The notes below the pieces were generated by a model, which did not search any database, was not told the DNA's origin, and saw only the letters and a program-made list of their open reading frames with translations. A program made the position numbers and the translations under genes. Source: an uncultured delta proteobacterium (GTDB taxonomy: Bacteria > Myxococcota_A > Polyangia > Fen-1088). Taken from it: DNA of 64,000 bases. The stretch is from NCBI GenBank assembly GCA_963796685.1, contig CAWCMR010000008.1, positions 256,001 to 320,000 on the forward strand, given 5' to 3'. This document shows positions 23,998 through 34,435 of this stretch, one piece after another. Positions within the stretch are counted from its first letter, which is position 1; every line of letters starts with the position of its first letter.

Positions 23998-25119
23998 TCA
24001 GGCGTCCACGACGGGCGAATTCACGGCCGACAGCACGGACACGCGCGCGAACGACTCGGCGAGGGAACGATTGTCGGCGGTGCCGAGCAAGGCTGACAAG
24101 GCATCGGCCGACACGGGCATGGGCACGCTCAGCTTGGCCTTGAAGCGCAACACCCGTTCGGCGCTCTCCTTGATGCGTGCGCGCACGGCCGGTTTGGCTT
24201 CGCCGGCCTTGACCAAGGCCTCGAAGGCGCGCACCTGGCGCTCGCGCGGCTCACGCACCAGGAAGTGGTCGACCCCGGCGAGAAGGCTCTCGACCACCAG
24301 ATCCTCGACGGCGAAGTGGTCGGCTACCGCCCGCATCCCCAGGTCGTCGCTGACCAGCATGCCGGTGAAACCGAGCTCGCCACGCAAGATGTCGCGGGCA
24401 ATCCGTCGCGACAGCGTGGCCGGCACCTTCTCGTCCCAGGCGGGATACAGCACGTGCGCGGTCATCAAGGCCTCGATACCAGCCCGGGTCGCTGCGGCAA
24501 AGGGTGCCAACTCCACCGAGCGCAGCCGTTCGTCGCCATGGGACACGCGCGGAAGCTCGAGGTGGGAATCGGTCTGGGTGTCGCCGTGGCCGGGAAAATG
24601 CTTGCCGCAACCGAGAAGACCGGCATCGCGCAGGCCGCGCCAGAAGGCGAGAGCGTGATCGGTGACCGTTTCCACCCTGCTCCCGAAGGCACGGTTACCG
24701 ATAACCGGGTTTCGGGGATTGGTATGCACGTCGAGCACGGGGGCGAAATCCCAGCCGATGCCGAGCGCGGCCAACTCCCCGCCCAAGGCGCGGCCCACCG
24801 CACGCGTGCGCTGAACGTCGCCGGCTGCGGCCACCGAGCCCATGTCCGGCCACACCGTCAGCGGACTGCGCAGGCGCTGCACGAGCCCGCCCTCTTGATC
24901 GACGGAAACGACCAGCGGCGCGGAGGGTGGGCCAGCCATGCGCAAGGCCGCCACCAACGCGGCTACCTGGGCCGGGCCTTCGATATTGGGGCGAAATAGC
25001 ATGACCCCGCCGACCTCGGAGTCAGAGATGCGATGCAGCAATTCGGTCGGCGCGGTCAGTCCATCGAACCCCACGGAAAGGAGCTGACCACAGGCACGTC
25101 GAAGCTGAAATTGCGTCAC
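23998..25119 (-). CDS. nagZ: Beta-N-acetylhexosaminidase (GH3)
   Basis: VDQEGGLVQR, FAPVLDV, KHFPGHGDT..DSH, SDDLGM. Confidence 0.92.
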   Translation of the reverse strand: MTQFQLRRACGQLLSVGFDGLTAPTELLHRISDSEVGGVMLFRPNIEGPAQVAALVAALRMAGPPSAPLVVSVDQEGGLVQRLRSPLTVWPDMGSVAAAGDVQRTRAVGRALGGELAALGIGWDFAPVLDVHTNPRNPVIGNRAFGSRVETVTDHALAFWRGLRDAGLLGCGKHFPGHGDTQTDSHLELPRVSHGDERLRSVELAPFAAATRAGIEALMTAHVLYPAWDEKVPATLSRRIARDILRGELGFTGMLVSDDLGMRAVADHFAVEDLVVESLLAGVDHFLVREPRERQVRAFEALVKAGEAKPAVRARIKESAERVLRFKAKLSVPMPVSADALSALLGTADNRSLAESFARVSVLSAVNSPVVDA

Positions 25120-25337
25120 AACACGAACTGTACCCGATGAAAGCGCGACGAAAAGGGAGAGACGAAAGAATTCGATACGACGTCAGAGATCCCGAGCTGC
25201 GGAGTCCGCCGAAGCGGAGGAGGCGGGGACAAACACGACCAAATCGCGGGCCGAGCTGGTAGGGGTTTCCGCCGCAGCGGGCTCTTGCTATAAGGTCCCC
25301 TGCCTTGCGCACCCCAGGAAAAATCGAGGTTCACCGA

Positions 25338-27320
25338 ATGTCCCCAAAGACACGCAGCTTGCGTTTCCGGCTGGCGATTGGCCTGCCGCTCACCCTCGCC
25401 CTTGCCGGCACCTCGCCAGCCTGGGCTCAGATGGGCGGCATGAGCCCTGGCATGGGCCCCGGCATGGGCAATCCCGGCGGCGCGTCTCCGCACGAGGAGA
25501 AGGAAGAGGGACCGGCCGAAGCCGCGCCGGATGCCGAAGAGAAGGCCCCGACCAGCAAGGAAGACAGCGCCAGCCATCTCGAGCTGGCTCGACGGCGGAG
25601 CAAGGTCGTGGAGCTCGACGGGTACTACCGGGTGCGCACGGACTACCTCTACAAGATGAACATGGGGCAAGGCTACAACACCGGGGGCCCGGTTCCCGCC
25701 CTGCCCCCGTTTCCCGTTCCCGCCGAATGCCTGCCCTCGGGGGCGATCGGGAACAGCGGAGGCGGCTCGGCGGGTACCAAGACCGGCGCCTGCGACAACG
25801 GCCTGGGTGACGGCAACATGCGCCTGCGCATCGAGCCCACCATCAATCTTTCCGACCAGGTCCGCGTGCGCAGCCAGTTCGACATCTTCGACAACTTGAT
25901 CCTGGGCTCGACGCCCGACTCGCTCGTGAATCCGTACGTGCCCAATCAAAGCCCCACCGTTGGCCAAACCACCGCAGCTGCGCCTGCCGACGTCATGTCG
26001 AACACCCAGAACAGCTACGTCGGGAGCATCCTGGCCAAACGGGCGTGGGGCGAGATCGATTCCGAGCTGGGCTCGCTGCGCTTTGGCCGCATGCCCTGGC
26101 ACTTCGGCCGCGGCATGTACTTCAACCGCGGGGATTGCGCCGACTGCGAGGGCGGCACGACCGTGGATCGCCTCATGGTGCTCACGACCATCTATGGACA
26201 TCAGCTTGCCCTCGCCTCCGATTTCGGAGCCCAGGGGTATCACATCGGCTACACCGACCTTGGCCAGAACAACACGGGCGGTTTTCCCCTGGACCTCACC
26301 CAGAAGGACGACGTCACGCAGTACATGATCGCCCTCACGAAAATCGACGACGAGAAGACCTGGCGCGAGCGCGTCGAGGCCGGTGACGTGGTGGTCAATT
26401 ACGGCGCCCAGCTCGTGTATCGCAGCCAGGACTACGCGACCTTCAACGTTACCCCCTATTCAGGGTCCGCCTACTCACAAAGCGCACAAAATTCTCAGGC
26501 GCCGCTTTCGAGCACCGACCTCGGGGGCTCCATCACCACCAATGTCAACGCCTTGCTGTTCATTCCGAGCCTGTGGTTCAAGCTGGGATGGAAGGCCCTC
26601 ACGCTGGAGTTCGAGGGCACCATGCTCGCCGGCAAGATGGGCAATGCCGGTCCGCTGCGCCTCGACAACAGCAACCAGAGCGACCAAGGTCTCACCATCC
26701 TGCAGGCCGGCTTCGTTCTGGCCAGCCAGCTCAAGCTCTATGGCGACTCTCTCTTCATCGGCTTCGAGACCGGCGGGGCCAGCGGCGACCAGGCCGAGCT
26801 GGCCTACGATCCCACGAAACAGATCGCCGGCAGTAACGGCCTCTACTACCCCTACCTCAACTACCGTTGGAAGTTCGTGCCCCAACCCCCTGGTGACAAG
26901 AACCTGAACGACTTCCACTTCTCGCCCGAGTACCACGTGGACGAGATCCTCTTCCGCCGCATCCTGGGTACGGTCAGCAACGCGATCTACTTCAAGCCGA
27001 GCATCGCCTACTGGCTGGATCTGGATTCGCGACGCGAGCACGACGTCGGCGTCTCCGGCTCGATCATCTACAGCATCGCGCCGGTTCCGGTATCCACGCC
27101 GGGCAACTCGATCAACTACGGCGTCGAGCTCGACCTCGGGCTCCACTACCGCAACCAGCGCGAGAACATCTACGCGGGCGCCACCTGGGGCATCTTCTGG
27201 CCCATGGCCGCCCTCAGCCGCCCGCTCGGCAGCGTGGACACCGGCAGCTCGCTGTGGAACGCGCCCGAGGACACCAGCGCTGCGCAGGTCATCCGCACCT
27301 TCGTCGGGATCAAGTTCTAG
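25338..27320 (+). CDS. TIGR04551-like myxobacterial outer-membrane beta-barrel protein
   Basis: Signal peptide; GYYRVR, NMRLRIEP, DNLILGSTP, FGRMPWHFG, YHVDEILFRRI; C-terminal Phe. Confidence 0.75.
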   Translation: MSPKTRSLRFRLAIGLPLTLALAGTSPAWAQMGGMSPGMGPGMGNPGGASPHEEKEEGPAEAAPDAEEKAPTSKEDSASHLELARRRSKVVELDGYYRVRTDYLYKMNMGQGYNTGGPVPALPPFPVPAECLPSGAIGNSGGGSAGTKTGACDNGLGDGNMRLRIEPTINLSDQVRVRSQFDIFDNLILGSTPDSLVNPYVPNQSPTVGQTTAAAPADVMSNTQNSYVGSILAKRAWGEIDSELGSLRFGRMPWHFGRGMYFNRGDCADCEGGTTVDRLMVLTTIYGHQLALASDFGAQGYHIGYTDLGQNNTGGFPLDLTQKDDVTQYMIALTKIDDEKTWRERVEAGDVVVNYGAQLVYRSQDYATFNVTPYSGSAYSQSAQNSQAPLSSTDLGGSITTNVNALLFIPSLWFKLGWKALTLEFEGTMLAGKMGNAGPLRLDNSNQSDQGLTILQAGFVLASQLKLYGDSLFIGFETGGASGDQAELAYDPTKQIAGSNGLYYPYLNYRWKFVPQPPGDKNLNDFHFSPEYHVDEILFRRILGTVSNAIYFKPSIAYWLDLDSRREHDVGVSGSIIYSIAPVPVSTPGNSINYGVELDLGLHYRNQRENIYAGATWGIFWPMAALSRPLGSVDTGSSLWNAPEDTSAAQVIRTFVGIKF

Positions 27321-27326
27321 GATCGG

Positions 27327-28187
27327 CTATTTCTTCTTCGGCACGGCGGCTTCTAGCGACTTGATGCGCTCCTGGGCGTCTTGCTCGGACGCCGGATCGT
27401 GCCGGTCGCTGGTGGCCAGGTACTTCTTGAACGCGGCCAGCGCCTCGTCGTAGCGGCGATCCTGCGAGTAGAGCAACCCGAGGTCGTAGTAGGCGCCTGA
27501 GAGCAGCGGGTCGTATTTGATCGCCTCCTGGTACTCGGGAATGGCGTCGTCGATGCGCTTCTGCTGCCGGTAGACCACCGCCAGGTTGAAGTGGGCTCGG
27601 CCGTTCTTGGGCTCGATATCGATGGCCTTCTTGAGCGCCTGGGCGGCCCCCTCCTTGTCCGAGGTCTTGGACAGCGCGACGCCGAGATTCGACCAGCCGA
27701 GCGCCTCGCCGGGCTTGAGCTCGGTGGCCTTGCGCAGGTTGGCGATGGCCTTGGAATAGTCGCCCTTTTGCCGATAGGCCGTCCCCAAGGTCGCGCGCGC
27801 TTCGTAGTCATCGGGCTGCAGCGACACCGCGGTCTCCAACTCCTTGATGCCCTCGTCGATGCGCTTCAGGCGAATGTAGAGCGCACCCAGGTTGGCGTGC
27901 CCCGCGGCATCCTTGGGCTGCAGCGCGGTGGACCGCTGGTAGGCCTGCGCGGCATTGTTGTAGTCGCCCTCGCCGCGGTAGAGATTGCCCAGGGAAAACC
28001 AGGCCGCGGCGTAGTCCTTGCGCGCGGCGATGGCCTTCTTCATTTCGGCGATGGCCTCCGCCATCTTGCCCTGCCTTTTCAGCACCAGGCCCTGGTTGTA
28101 GAAGACCGCCGCGTCGTCCGCCGCCGCCGGACCGGCCACGGCCAGCGCCAGGACGAACACCCCAGGTTGCAACCATGCATGCTTCAT
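27327..28187 (-). CDS. Exported tetratricopeptide-repeat protein
   Basis: Signal peptide MKHAWLQ..AAA followed by about 7 TPRs (AWFSLG, HANLG, WSNLG, HFNLA). Confidence 0.88.
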   Translation of the reverse strand: MKHAWLQPGVFVLALAVAGPAAADDAAVFYNQGLVLKRQGKMAEAIAEMKKAIAARKDYAAAWFSLGNLYRGEGDYNNAAQAYQRSTALQPKDAAGHANLGALYIRLKRIDEGIKELETAVSLQPDDYEARATLGTAYRQKGDYSKAIANLRKATELKPGEALGWSNLGVALSKTSDKEGAAQALKKAIDIEPKNGRAHFNLAVVYRQQKRIDDAIPEYQEAIKYDPLLSGAYYDLGLLYSQDRRYDEALAAFKKYLATSDRHDPASEQDAQERIKSLEAAVPKKK

Positions 28188-28228
28188 GGCTGCAAGCTTC
28201 AACCCGATGCGGGTTTCAGTCAACCGCC

Positions 28229-30547
28229 CTACCACTCGACATGCACGCCAGCAGACGGAAGCACGAGACGGTAGTAGTTCTCGTAGATCGATCCGTCCAC
28301 CTGGCGCTTGACGTCGAACACCTCGCGGCTGAGCGTCGCGTTGACCAGCTCCACGTACGCCTCCATCACGAACTTGTCGAAGATGAAGCGCTTGTCGCAG
28401 CGCAGATCGAGTTGCGGGAAGGCGGGCAGGTTGATGTAGTAGTCGACATCGCCGCTCTTGTTGTCGAACAGGGGGTAGGGCCTGCCGCTGTTGTAGTGGA
28501 AGCGCACCGAGGTCGAGTAGTTGCGCGGCCAGCGATAGCCGACGACGAGGTTGAGGATGTGCCGCTGGTCCCAGTCCGACGGCACGATGAAACCGTCCAC
28601 CACGCGCAGCGAGCGCGACAGGGTGTAGGCCAGCCAGCCGTAGAGCTTGTGCTTCATGGGCCTGCGGATCATGACCTCGAGGCCGTAGCTTTCGCCCTCG
28701 CGCGTTTGCAGAAGATCGCCGGCTTCCGGATCGGGGATGAGGGTGTTCTTGAGATCGGTCAGGTGCAAGCGCTGGTAGAAGACCGACGTGTCGAGGTCGA
28801 CGTCCAGGCCCAGGCGATCCTCCAGCGCGGATTCCACGCCAAGCGACGCCTGCTGCGATCGCTGAAGGCCGTAGGTGGCCAGGCCGAACGATTCGAAACC
28901 AGGCACGCCCACGGGCAGGCTGGGCATCTGCGAAAATTGCCCCACCGCGGCCTTGAGCCAGTCGTGGGGGCCCACGCGCAGGCGAACCGAGAGGCGCGGG
29001 CTGGCCGCGCCCTTCTCGGTCCCTTGCTCGAAATAGCCGTCGTAGCGCAACCCCGGCGCGACCATGAGCCAGTCGCCTGCGCGCAGGGTGACCCCGGTAT
29101 ACGCCCCCGCGGACAGAATCCTGCGGTTGCTGAAGAGGTCGGTTTCGTAGTCTTTGAGCGCCGGATAGAGCGCGACCATCGAGATGGGCCGCGCCCACTG
29201 GATCTCGGAATCGGCGCCCACCTCGAATTCCAGCCAGCGCCAGACCGACCAGCGCTCGGATATCCGCGGCGCCAGGGTGTACATCTTGGTGCCCACGGGC
29301 AACGAAAAGAGCGAGGTCAGGCTGACGGTGGAATCGTCCATTCCGGCCACGGCCGCCACGGTAAAACGGCCTCCGGCCAGGGCGCCGTCCCAGCGTAGTT
29401 GCGCGCGATGGAACATCAGCTTGGCCAGGCCCGGTGCGATGGACTGGGGCGCGTTCACGAAACCGTAGTCCGTCTTGTCCGGATTCTTCTGATCGAGGTT
29501 GTCGCCCGAGCCAAAGGCGAAGAAGGTCAGTCTGCCCGGTCCCAGCGTGTGCTGGACGCGAACCTGGTAATCCCAGTAATCGAGCGAATAGGCGTTGGAA
29601 AAGGCCGACAGGATGAGTCCCGTGTAGGAATAGCGGCCGGCCACCGCCACGGTGCCCTTGCCGTCGTCGAAAGGCGAAGCCGCGATACCGCCGGCGTCGA
29701 AGAGCCGCACGTCGGCCGACACGTGCAGGCGATCGGTCGCCGGGGTGGCGGTATTGGCCGTGACGATGCCCGAGACGTACCGTCCGTACTCGACCGGGAA
29801 GCCGCCGGGATAGAACTGCAGATCCTGAATGAAGAAGGGGTGAATCACCGAGGGTCCGAGGGCGAAGTGAAAGAGCGCGGGAGCCCGTACGCCGTCGATG
29901 AAGAAGCCGGTGTTGCCGGGGTTGGCGCCACGAATGGCGTAGAACGGCAGCGGCCACGTGGTCTGCGCCACGCCGGGCAAAGACTCGATGACGCGAAAGG
30001 GATCGCCGAGCGAGCCCGCGGTGTGTACCAGCTCTTCCTTCTTGAGGGCAATGGAATCGGCCGCCTGGGGCTCGGCGGTCACGACGGTTTCGTAGCGTTC
30101 GCCTTCGCTGCGCGGATCGAGCCGGACCACGAACCCCGACGTGTCGACCGCGATGGTCACCGGGCGCGTGGTGGGCACGTAGCCGGGACACTGCACGTGA
30201 AGCTGGTGCTCGCCGGGCGGAACCTCCAAGGTGAAGCTGCCGTCGGGGCCCGTCTCGGTGCCGGCGTGTGAGCCGTCACCCACCGCGATGCCGAGCGAGG
30301 CACCGACGAGGAGCTGGCGCGTTCCCCGCGCGAGCACCCTGCCCGACAGCTTCACCAGTGCCACCCTCGGGGCCTGGCCGGCAAATCCGGTCGGCGAGGC
30401 TTCGCTTGCACCGCCGTCCACTTCCGTCGCTCCGGCGTCGGCGCCAGGCGCACGTGCCTCGCCCGCGTCCGCCGAGCCGTCCACAGGGCCGGCCCCGCCA
30501 TCGACGGCGAGGACCATCAAGAAAGTGACCAGGAGAACCGACGACAC
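28229..30547 (-). CDS. TonB-dependent receptor with N-terminal carboxypeptidase-regulatory-like domain
   Basis: GDPFRVIESLPGV, IRGANP, YPGGFPVEYGR plug motifs; barrel ending in W. Confidence 0.9.
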   Translation of the reverse strand: MSSVLLVTFLMVLAVDGGAGPVDGSADAGEARAPGADAGATEVDGGASEASPTGFAGQAPRVALVKLSGRVLARGTRQLLVGASLGIAVGDGSHAGTETGPDGSFTLEVPPGEHQLHVQCPGYVPTTRPVTIAVDTSGFVVRLDPRSEGERYETVVTAEPQAADSIALKKEELVHTAGSLGDPFRVIESLPGVAQTTWPLPFYAIRGANPGNTGFFIDGVRAPALFHFALGPSVIHPFFIQDLQFYPGGFPVEYGRYVSGIVTANTATPATDRLHVSADVRLFDAGGIAASPFDDGKGTVAVAGRYSYTGLILSAFSNAYSLDYWDYQVRVQHTLGPGRLTFFAFGSGDNLDQKNPDKTDYGFVNAPQSIAPGLAKLMFHRAQLRWDGALAGGRFTVAAVAGMDDSTVSLTSLFSLPVGTKMYTLAPRISERWSVWRWLEFEVGADSEIQWARPISMVALYPALKDYETDLFSNRRILSAGAYTGVTLRAGDWLMVAPGLRYDGYFEQGTEKGAASPRLSVRLRVGPHDWLKAAVGQFSQMPSLPVGVPGFESFGLATYGLQRSQQASLGVESALEDRLGLDVDLDTSVFYQRLHLTDLKNTLIPDPEAGDLLQTREGESYGLEVMIRRPMKHKLYGWLAYTLSRSLRVVDGFIVPSDWDQRHILNLVVGYRWPRNYSTSVRFHYNSGRPYPLFDNKSGDVDYYINLPAFPQLDLRCDKRFIFDKFVMEAYVELVNATLSREVFDVKRQVDGSIYENYYRLVLPSAGVHVEW

Positions 30548-30548
30548 G

Positions 30549-32246
30549 CTAGTTGGTGCCCCCGTCAGGCTGTACGGGCGGTGCCAAGGTGGTCAGCCAA
30601 AGGCCTGAGCGGTCGGAGTCCGTCCGGCCACGCACGACGTAGGCCGCGTAGGAGGTAGACAGGTCGGGGCCACCGCGCTCCGTCGCGTCGGAGACTCCCT
30701 GGGCGTAACGTGTCTGCACGCCCTTGTCGATATCCATATACACCAAGTCGCCCACGCTATCCTGTTGCGAGAAATTCAAGATGCCAAACAGAGCGTGGGC
30801 AGAGATCGAAACCGAGAGGATCGACTTGGCGATGAGGCGAAGACCGCTCGGCAAGGATCCGCTCTGATAGTCGGCGAAATAAAGATCGGAGCTTCCCCGG
30901 CCGAGGTGCGCCCAAAACACCAGGAGGGGACCGTGGTCGCCATCGGTGAAGAAGTAGCTTGCGCCGTTCTGGACATTCGCCAACAGCCCGGGTGGCGTCA
31001 CCATGGTGGGCGGCAGGTCGGTTTGATCGGCGTCCTGGAACATGAGTGGGCCTTGCACGCTCGTATCGTAGAGCGTGGCGGCCGCCGGCGAAATGTAGAC
31101 GAGGTATTTTCCGTCGGGTGTGAAGCTTGGCGTGAACAGGGGACCCACGAGCGTCCGCCGCCCGACGAGGTCGTTCTTGCCCGTGAAGACCCCATGTCCC
31201 TGGCTGTCGAGGATCAACCTTTCGTCGCTGTTCGGGCGATCCAGCGCCCCGCTGAGATTCACCAGCGGGCTTGGCAGAACCTCGAACGTGTCGTCGCCGG
31301 TATCCAGATTGAAGACGTGGAGCTCGGCCGGCGCGGTCGAGGTCGCGTTCTGCGAATAGGAGAAGGTGTTACCCGAAAAGCCACCCCAGCCCGACGGGTT
31401 GGGACGCGCGGGGGTCTTCTCGGCGCCGGTCTCGAGGTCGCGAACGACGGTCTTCGACTTGCCATTCTCGTTGACCGTGAGCGCGACGTAGTGCTCGTCC
31501 CCGCTGACCGAGAAGCTGAAGACATTGTCGCGCAGGGAATCGAGGGCATAGCTTGGCCGGTCGAGCCGCGTGAGGGTGTGTTGATCGTCGAGAAGGAAGT
31601 AGGCGTTCCGTCCCACCGTCTGAATCTGAAAGGAGCCGGCATCGGCGCCGAGGGGCAGGTGGTCCGTGCCGTCCCACAGCATGAGAGTAGGATACTTCTG
31701 CCCCGACTCCGTGGGGCGCTCGTAGAAGAGCTGCGGGCAGTTGCCCTGCAGGGTGGAAAATCCGGGACACGTGCGGCCAGCCGGCGGGTTGTCGTAGAGC
31801 GCGCCGAGGGGCACGGTGAAGCGCGTGTACCGCGCGATGCCTTCGAGGCGAAACTCCTCTTGCAGGGTCGACCCGAGCCGCACCAGAGAAGCCACCCTCG
31901 CCTGTCCGGCCGCGCTGTCGACGAGATGCTCGTCGACCATGAAGTAATCTTCGCCGGGACCGGGCGCCTGCTCTGGCCAGTAGTCGGAGCGATTGGCAAC
32001 CACCTTGCGCTGCAACGTCCCGACGAACGAGGTGATCCACACATCGGACACGCCACCCAGGGTCGTGGTGGCAAAGGCCAAGCGATCGGCGAAGCGCACC
32101 ATGGGCTGGTCGCCCACGGTGATGAATTGCGGGGACTCGATGTGGTCGCCGTGGAACAGGAGCTGACCCGTCGGCGCCGGCCCCGCGTCGAGACATCCCG
32201 CGAGCGGGAGCAGGCAAAGAAGAACGATGGGCCGACGGTGATTCAT
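30549..32246 (-). CDS. Hypothetical lipoprotein, probably beta-propeller
   Basis: Lipobox LAGC; PSFTPDGKYLVY (PD40-like) motif; co-oriented with the TonB receptor. Confidence 0.65.
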   Translation of the reverse strand: MNHRRPIVLLCLLPLAGCLDAGPAPTGQLLFHGDHIESPQFITVGDQPMVRFADRLAFATTTLGGVSDVWITSFVGTLQRKVVANRSDYWPEQAPGPGEDYFMVDEHLVDSAAGQARVASLVRLGSTLQEEFRLEGIARYTRFTVPLGALYDNPPAGRTCPGFSTLQGNCPQLFYERPTESGQKYPTLMLWDGTDHLPLGADAGSFQIQTVGRNAYFLLDDQHTLTRLDRPSYALDSLRDNVFSFSVSGDEHYVALTVNENGKSKTVVRDLETGAEKTPARPNPSGWGGFSGNTFSYSQNATSTAPAELHVFNLDTGDDTFEVLPSPLVNLSGALDRPNSDERLILDSQGHGVFTGKNDLVGRRTLVGPLFTPSFTPDGKYLVYISPAAATLYDTSVQGPLMFQDADQTDLPPTMVTPPGLLANVQNGASYFFTDGDHGPLLVFWAHLGRGSSDLYFADYQSGSLPSGLRLIAKSILSVSISAHALFGILNFSQQDSVGDLVYMDIDKGVQTRYAQGVSDATERGGPDLSTSYAAYVVRGRTDSDRSGLWLTTLAPPVQPDGGTN

Positions 32247-32469
32247 GGGTGCGACTCGCCGCCTACTTTAGCCCATGCCGCAGCAATGTACGACACCCCC
32301 AGCACGGTCGTGGTGATGCTGGCCACTTGGGCCAGTTGCGGCGAACCGCGCGACGCGAGGGATGGGGCGCACGGATGGCTTTCGTCGCGCACCCAGCCAG
32401 GGTGCAGGGGCGGCACAAGACGGGTCGATGGTGTAGAGATTGGCCACTGGGAAAGAATAGGAGGCTTCC

Positions 32470-33435
32470 ATGCAAGCGATACGACCCAAGCAGACCGGCG
32501 GTCCCGAGGTTCTACAACTGACCGACGTGCCCACGCCCGCGCCCGGCCCCACCGAGGTACTGGTACGCGTGGAGGCCGCGGGGCTGAACTTCATCGACGT
32601 TTACCAACGCACCGGACTTTATCCCCTGCCCTTGCCGCTGCCCATCGGGCTCGAGGGCGCGGGCACCGTCGAGCAGGTCGGTGGCGCCGTCGGCGATGTG
32701 AAGGTGGGTGCGCGCGTGGCCTGGGCGGGGGTGCCCGGATCGTACGCGACCCACGTGGTGGCGCCGGCCGAGCGCCTGGTGCCGGTTCCCGACGCCGTCC
32801 CCACCAACGCCGCCGCGGCACTGCTACTGCAGGGCATGACCGCGCACTATCTGACCAAGACGATCTTCCCGTTGCGCCCTGGGCACGTGGCGCTCGTGCA
32901 CGCGGCGGCCGGGGGCGTTGGCCTGCTGCTGATTCAGCTGGCCAAGCGCGCGGGCGCCCTGGTCATCGGCACGGTTTCCACCAAGGCCAAGGCGACCCTG
33001 GCCAAGGAGGCAGGCGCCGACCACCTCGTCAACTACCGGATCGCCGACTTCGCAGCGGAAGCCAAGCGACTCACCGGCGGGCGCGGCGTGGACGTGGTCT
33101 ACGACAGTGTCGGCAAGACGACCTTCGATGGCAGCCTGGACGCCCTCGCCACGCGCGGACACCTCGTGCTGTACGGGCAATCGAGCGGCGTGGTGCGGAC
33201 GCTGGACCTTGCCCGGCTGGCCAAAGGCTCGTACTCCATCACCCGGCCGTCGCTCCACCACTACACGGCCACACGCGCCGAGCTTCTGTCCCGCGCGGGA
33301 GACCTCTTGGAGATGGTCGGCGCGGGCCAGCTGCACGTGCGCATCGACCGCACCTTTCCCCTCGCGCAAGCCGCCGACGCCCACCGCGCGCTCGAAGGAC
33401 GCGAGACCACGGGCAAGGTACTGCTGATTCCCTAG
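32470..33435 (+). CDS. qor: NADPH:quinone oxidoreductase (zeta-crystallin-like)
   Basis: GLNFIDVYQRTG, HAAAGGVG, VYDSVGK, TTGKVLL; AGGAGG RBS. Confidence 0.92.
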   Translation: MQAIRPKQTGGPEVLQLTDVPTPAPGPTEVLVRVEAAGLNFIDVYQRTGLYPLPLPLPIGLEGAGTVEQVGGAVGDVKVGARVAWAGVPGSYATHVVAPAERLVPVPDAVPTNAAAALLLQGMTAHYLTKTIFPLRPGHVALVHAAAGGVGLLLIQLAKRAGALVIGTVSTKAKATLAKEAGADHLVNYRIADFAAEAKRLTGGRGVDVVYDSVGKTTFDGSLDALATRGHLVLYGQSSGVVRTLDLARLAKGSYSITRPSLHHYTATRAELLSRAGDLLEMVGAGQLHVRIDRTFPLAQAADAHRALEGRETTGKVLLIP

Positions 33436-33594
33436 AGCACCGATCGGGTTGACTCCCGTCGTGAAATCGCGTATTTGCGTCGCGCCCCTGCGTTGCTCGT
33501 CGGTCAAATACGTCGAGTATTCTCCCTCCTCGCGCCTTGGGCCGCTCGCAACTGCGCAATTTCACTCGGTCCCTCAACCCGTTCGGTGCTCTAG
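33432..33594. mobile_element. MITE-like element, 21-bp terminal inverted repeats including CTAG ends
   Basis: CTAGAGCACCGATCGGGTTGA ... TCAACCCGTTCGGTGCTCTAG (1 mismatch); the left CTAG contains the qor stop. Confidence 0.78.
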
Positions 33595-33607
33595 CAGAGG
33601 CCCCGAG

Positions 33608-34435
33608 CTACTTGCCCAGCAGGCGTATGAGCGACGAGAAATCGTCGTCGCCCATGCCTTGCGCCTCGGCGCGCGCCAGGCATCCGCGCACGGCTTCGAG
33701 CAGGGGCATGGGCGTGCCTCCCGCGGCTTCGGCCAGCCGCATGTCCTTGTGCATGTGCTTGATGGAGAACTGCGGGGCGAAGTCGGCCGTCCTGAGCTTG
33801 CCCTCCTTGAGACGCGCCAGACCCGAGCTCGAAACATTCTTGGCCAGCACTCGAAAGTAGAGATCGTCATCGATGCCGGCCCGGCGGGCGAAGGTCAGGC
33901 TTTCGGACAGGGCTTGCATTTGCGCCGCGATATTGAGGTTCATGGCCAGTTTCAAGGCCGCCGCCTGGCGCACGCCGGGCAGGCGGAAGCGGGTCTCGGA
34001 GACCAAGGCAAGGAGCGGCTCGACGGCGTCGAGCGCCGCAGCGTCGCCCCCCATGAAGAACACGATCGTGCCCGACTCGGCGGCAGGCTTGCTGCCCGTG
34101 AACGGCGATTCGACGTAGAGCGCGCCGCTGGCGCGCACCCGCGCCTCGCAGGCCGCCGCGCTCTCGGGATCGATGGTGCTCGACTGCACCACCACTTTGC
34201 CCGAACCGAGAGCGGGCAGGATGGCCTCGAGCACCGACGCGACGGCCGGCGGATCGGCAACCACGATGTGGACAACGTCGGCCGCCGCCGCGACCTTGAG
34301 GGCGGTTGCCTTCCACTGCGGGGCATTCGGCTTCGCCGTGCGATTCCACGTGCCGGCAAGGCGCCCCGCCGCCTGGTAGCGCCCCGCCCAAGGCGCCCCG
34401 ATGATGCCAAGCCCAAGAACTCCGATGGTCTGCAT
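33608..34435 (-). CDS. NAD(P)-dependent beta-hydroxyacid dehydrogenase (3-hydroxyisobutyrate DH family)
   Basis: GLGIIG, WNRT, SSTI, catalytic K (LKLAMN), KDMRLA. Confidence 0.9.
   Translation of the reverse strand: MQTIGVLGLGIIGAPWAGRYQAAGRLAGTWNRTAKPNAPQWKATALKVAAAADVVHIVVADPPAVASVLEAILPALGSGKVVVQSSTIDPESAAACEARVRASGALYVESPFTGSKPAAESGTIVFFMGGDAAALDAVEPLLALVSETRFRLPGVRQAAALKLAMNLNIAAQMQALSESLTFARRAGIDDDLYFRVLAKNVSSSGLARLKEGKLRTADFAPQFSIKHMHKDMRLAEAAGGTPMPLLEAVRGCLARAEAQGMGDDDFSSLIRLLGK

Noticed and set aside
27327-30191. 954-aa ORF, and similar long ORFs such as 30765..33452, 51523..53952 and 17144..19600
   Set aside because: GC-rich shadow frames or spurious upstream extensions of shorter real genes (TPR, ArsR, lipoprotein N-terminus).
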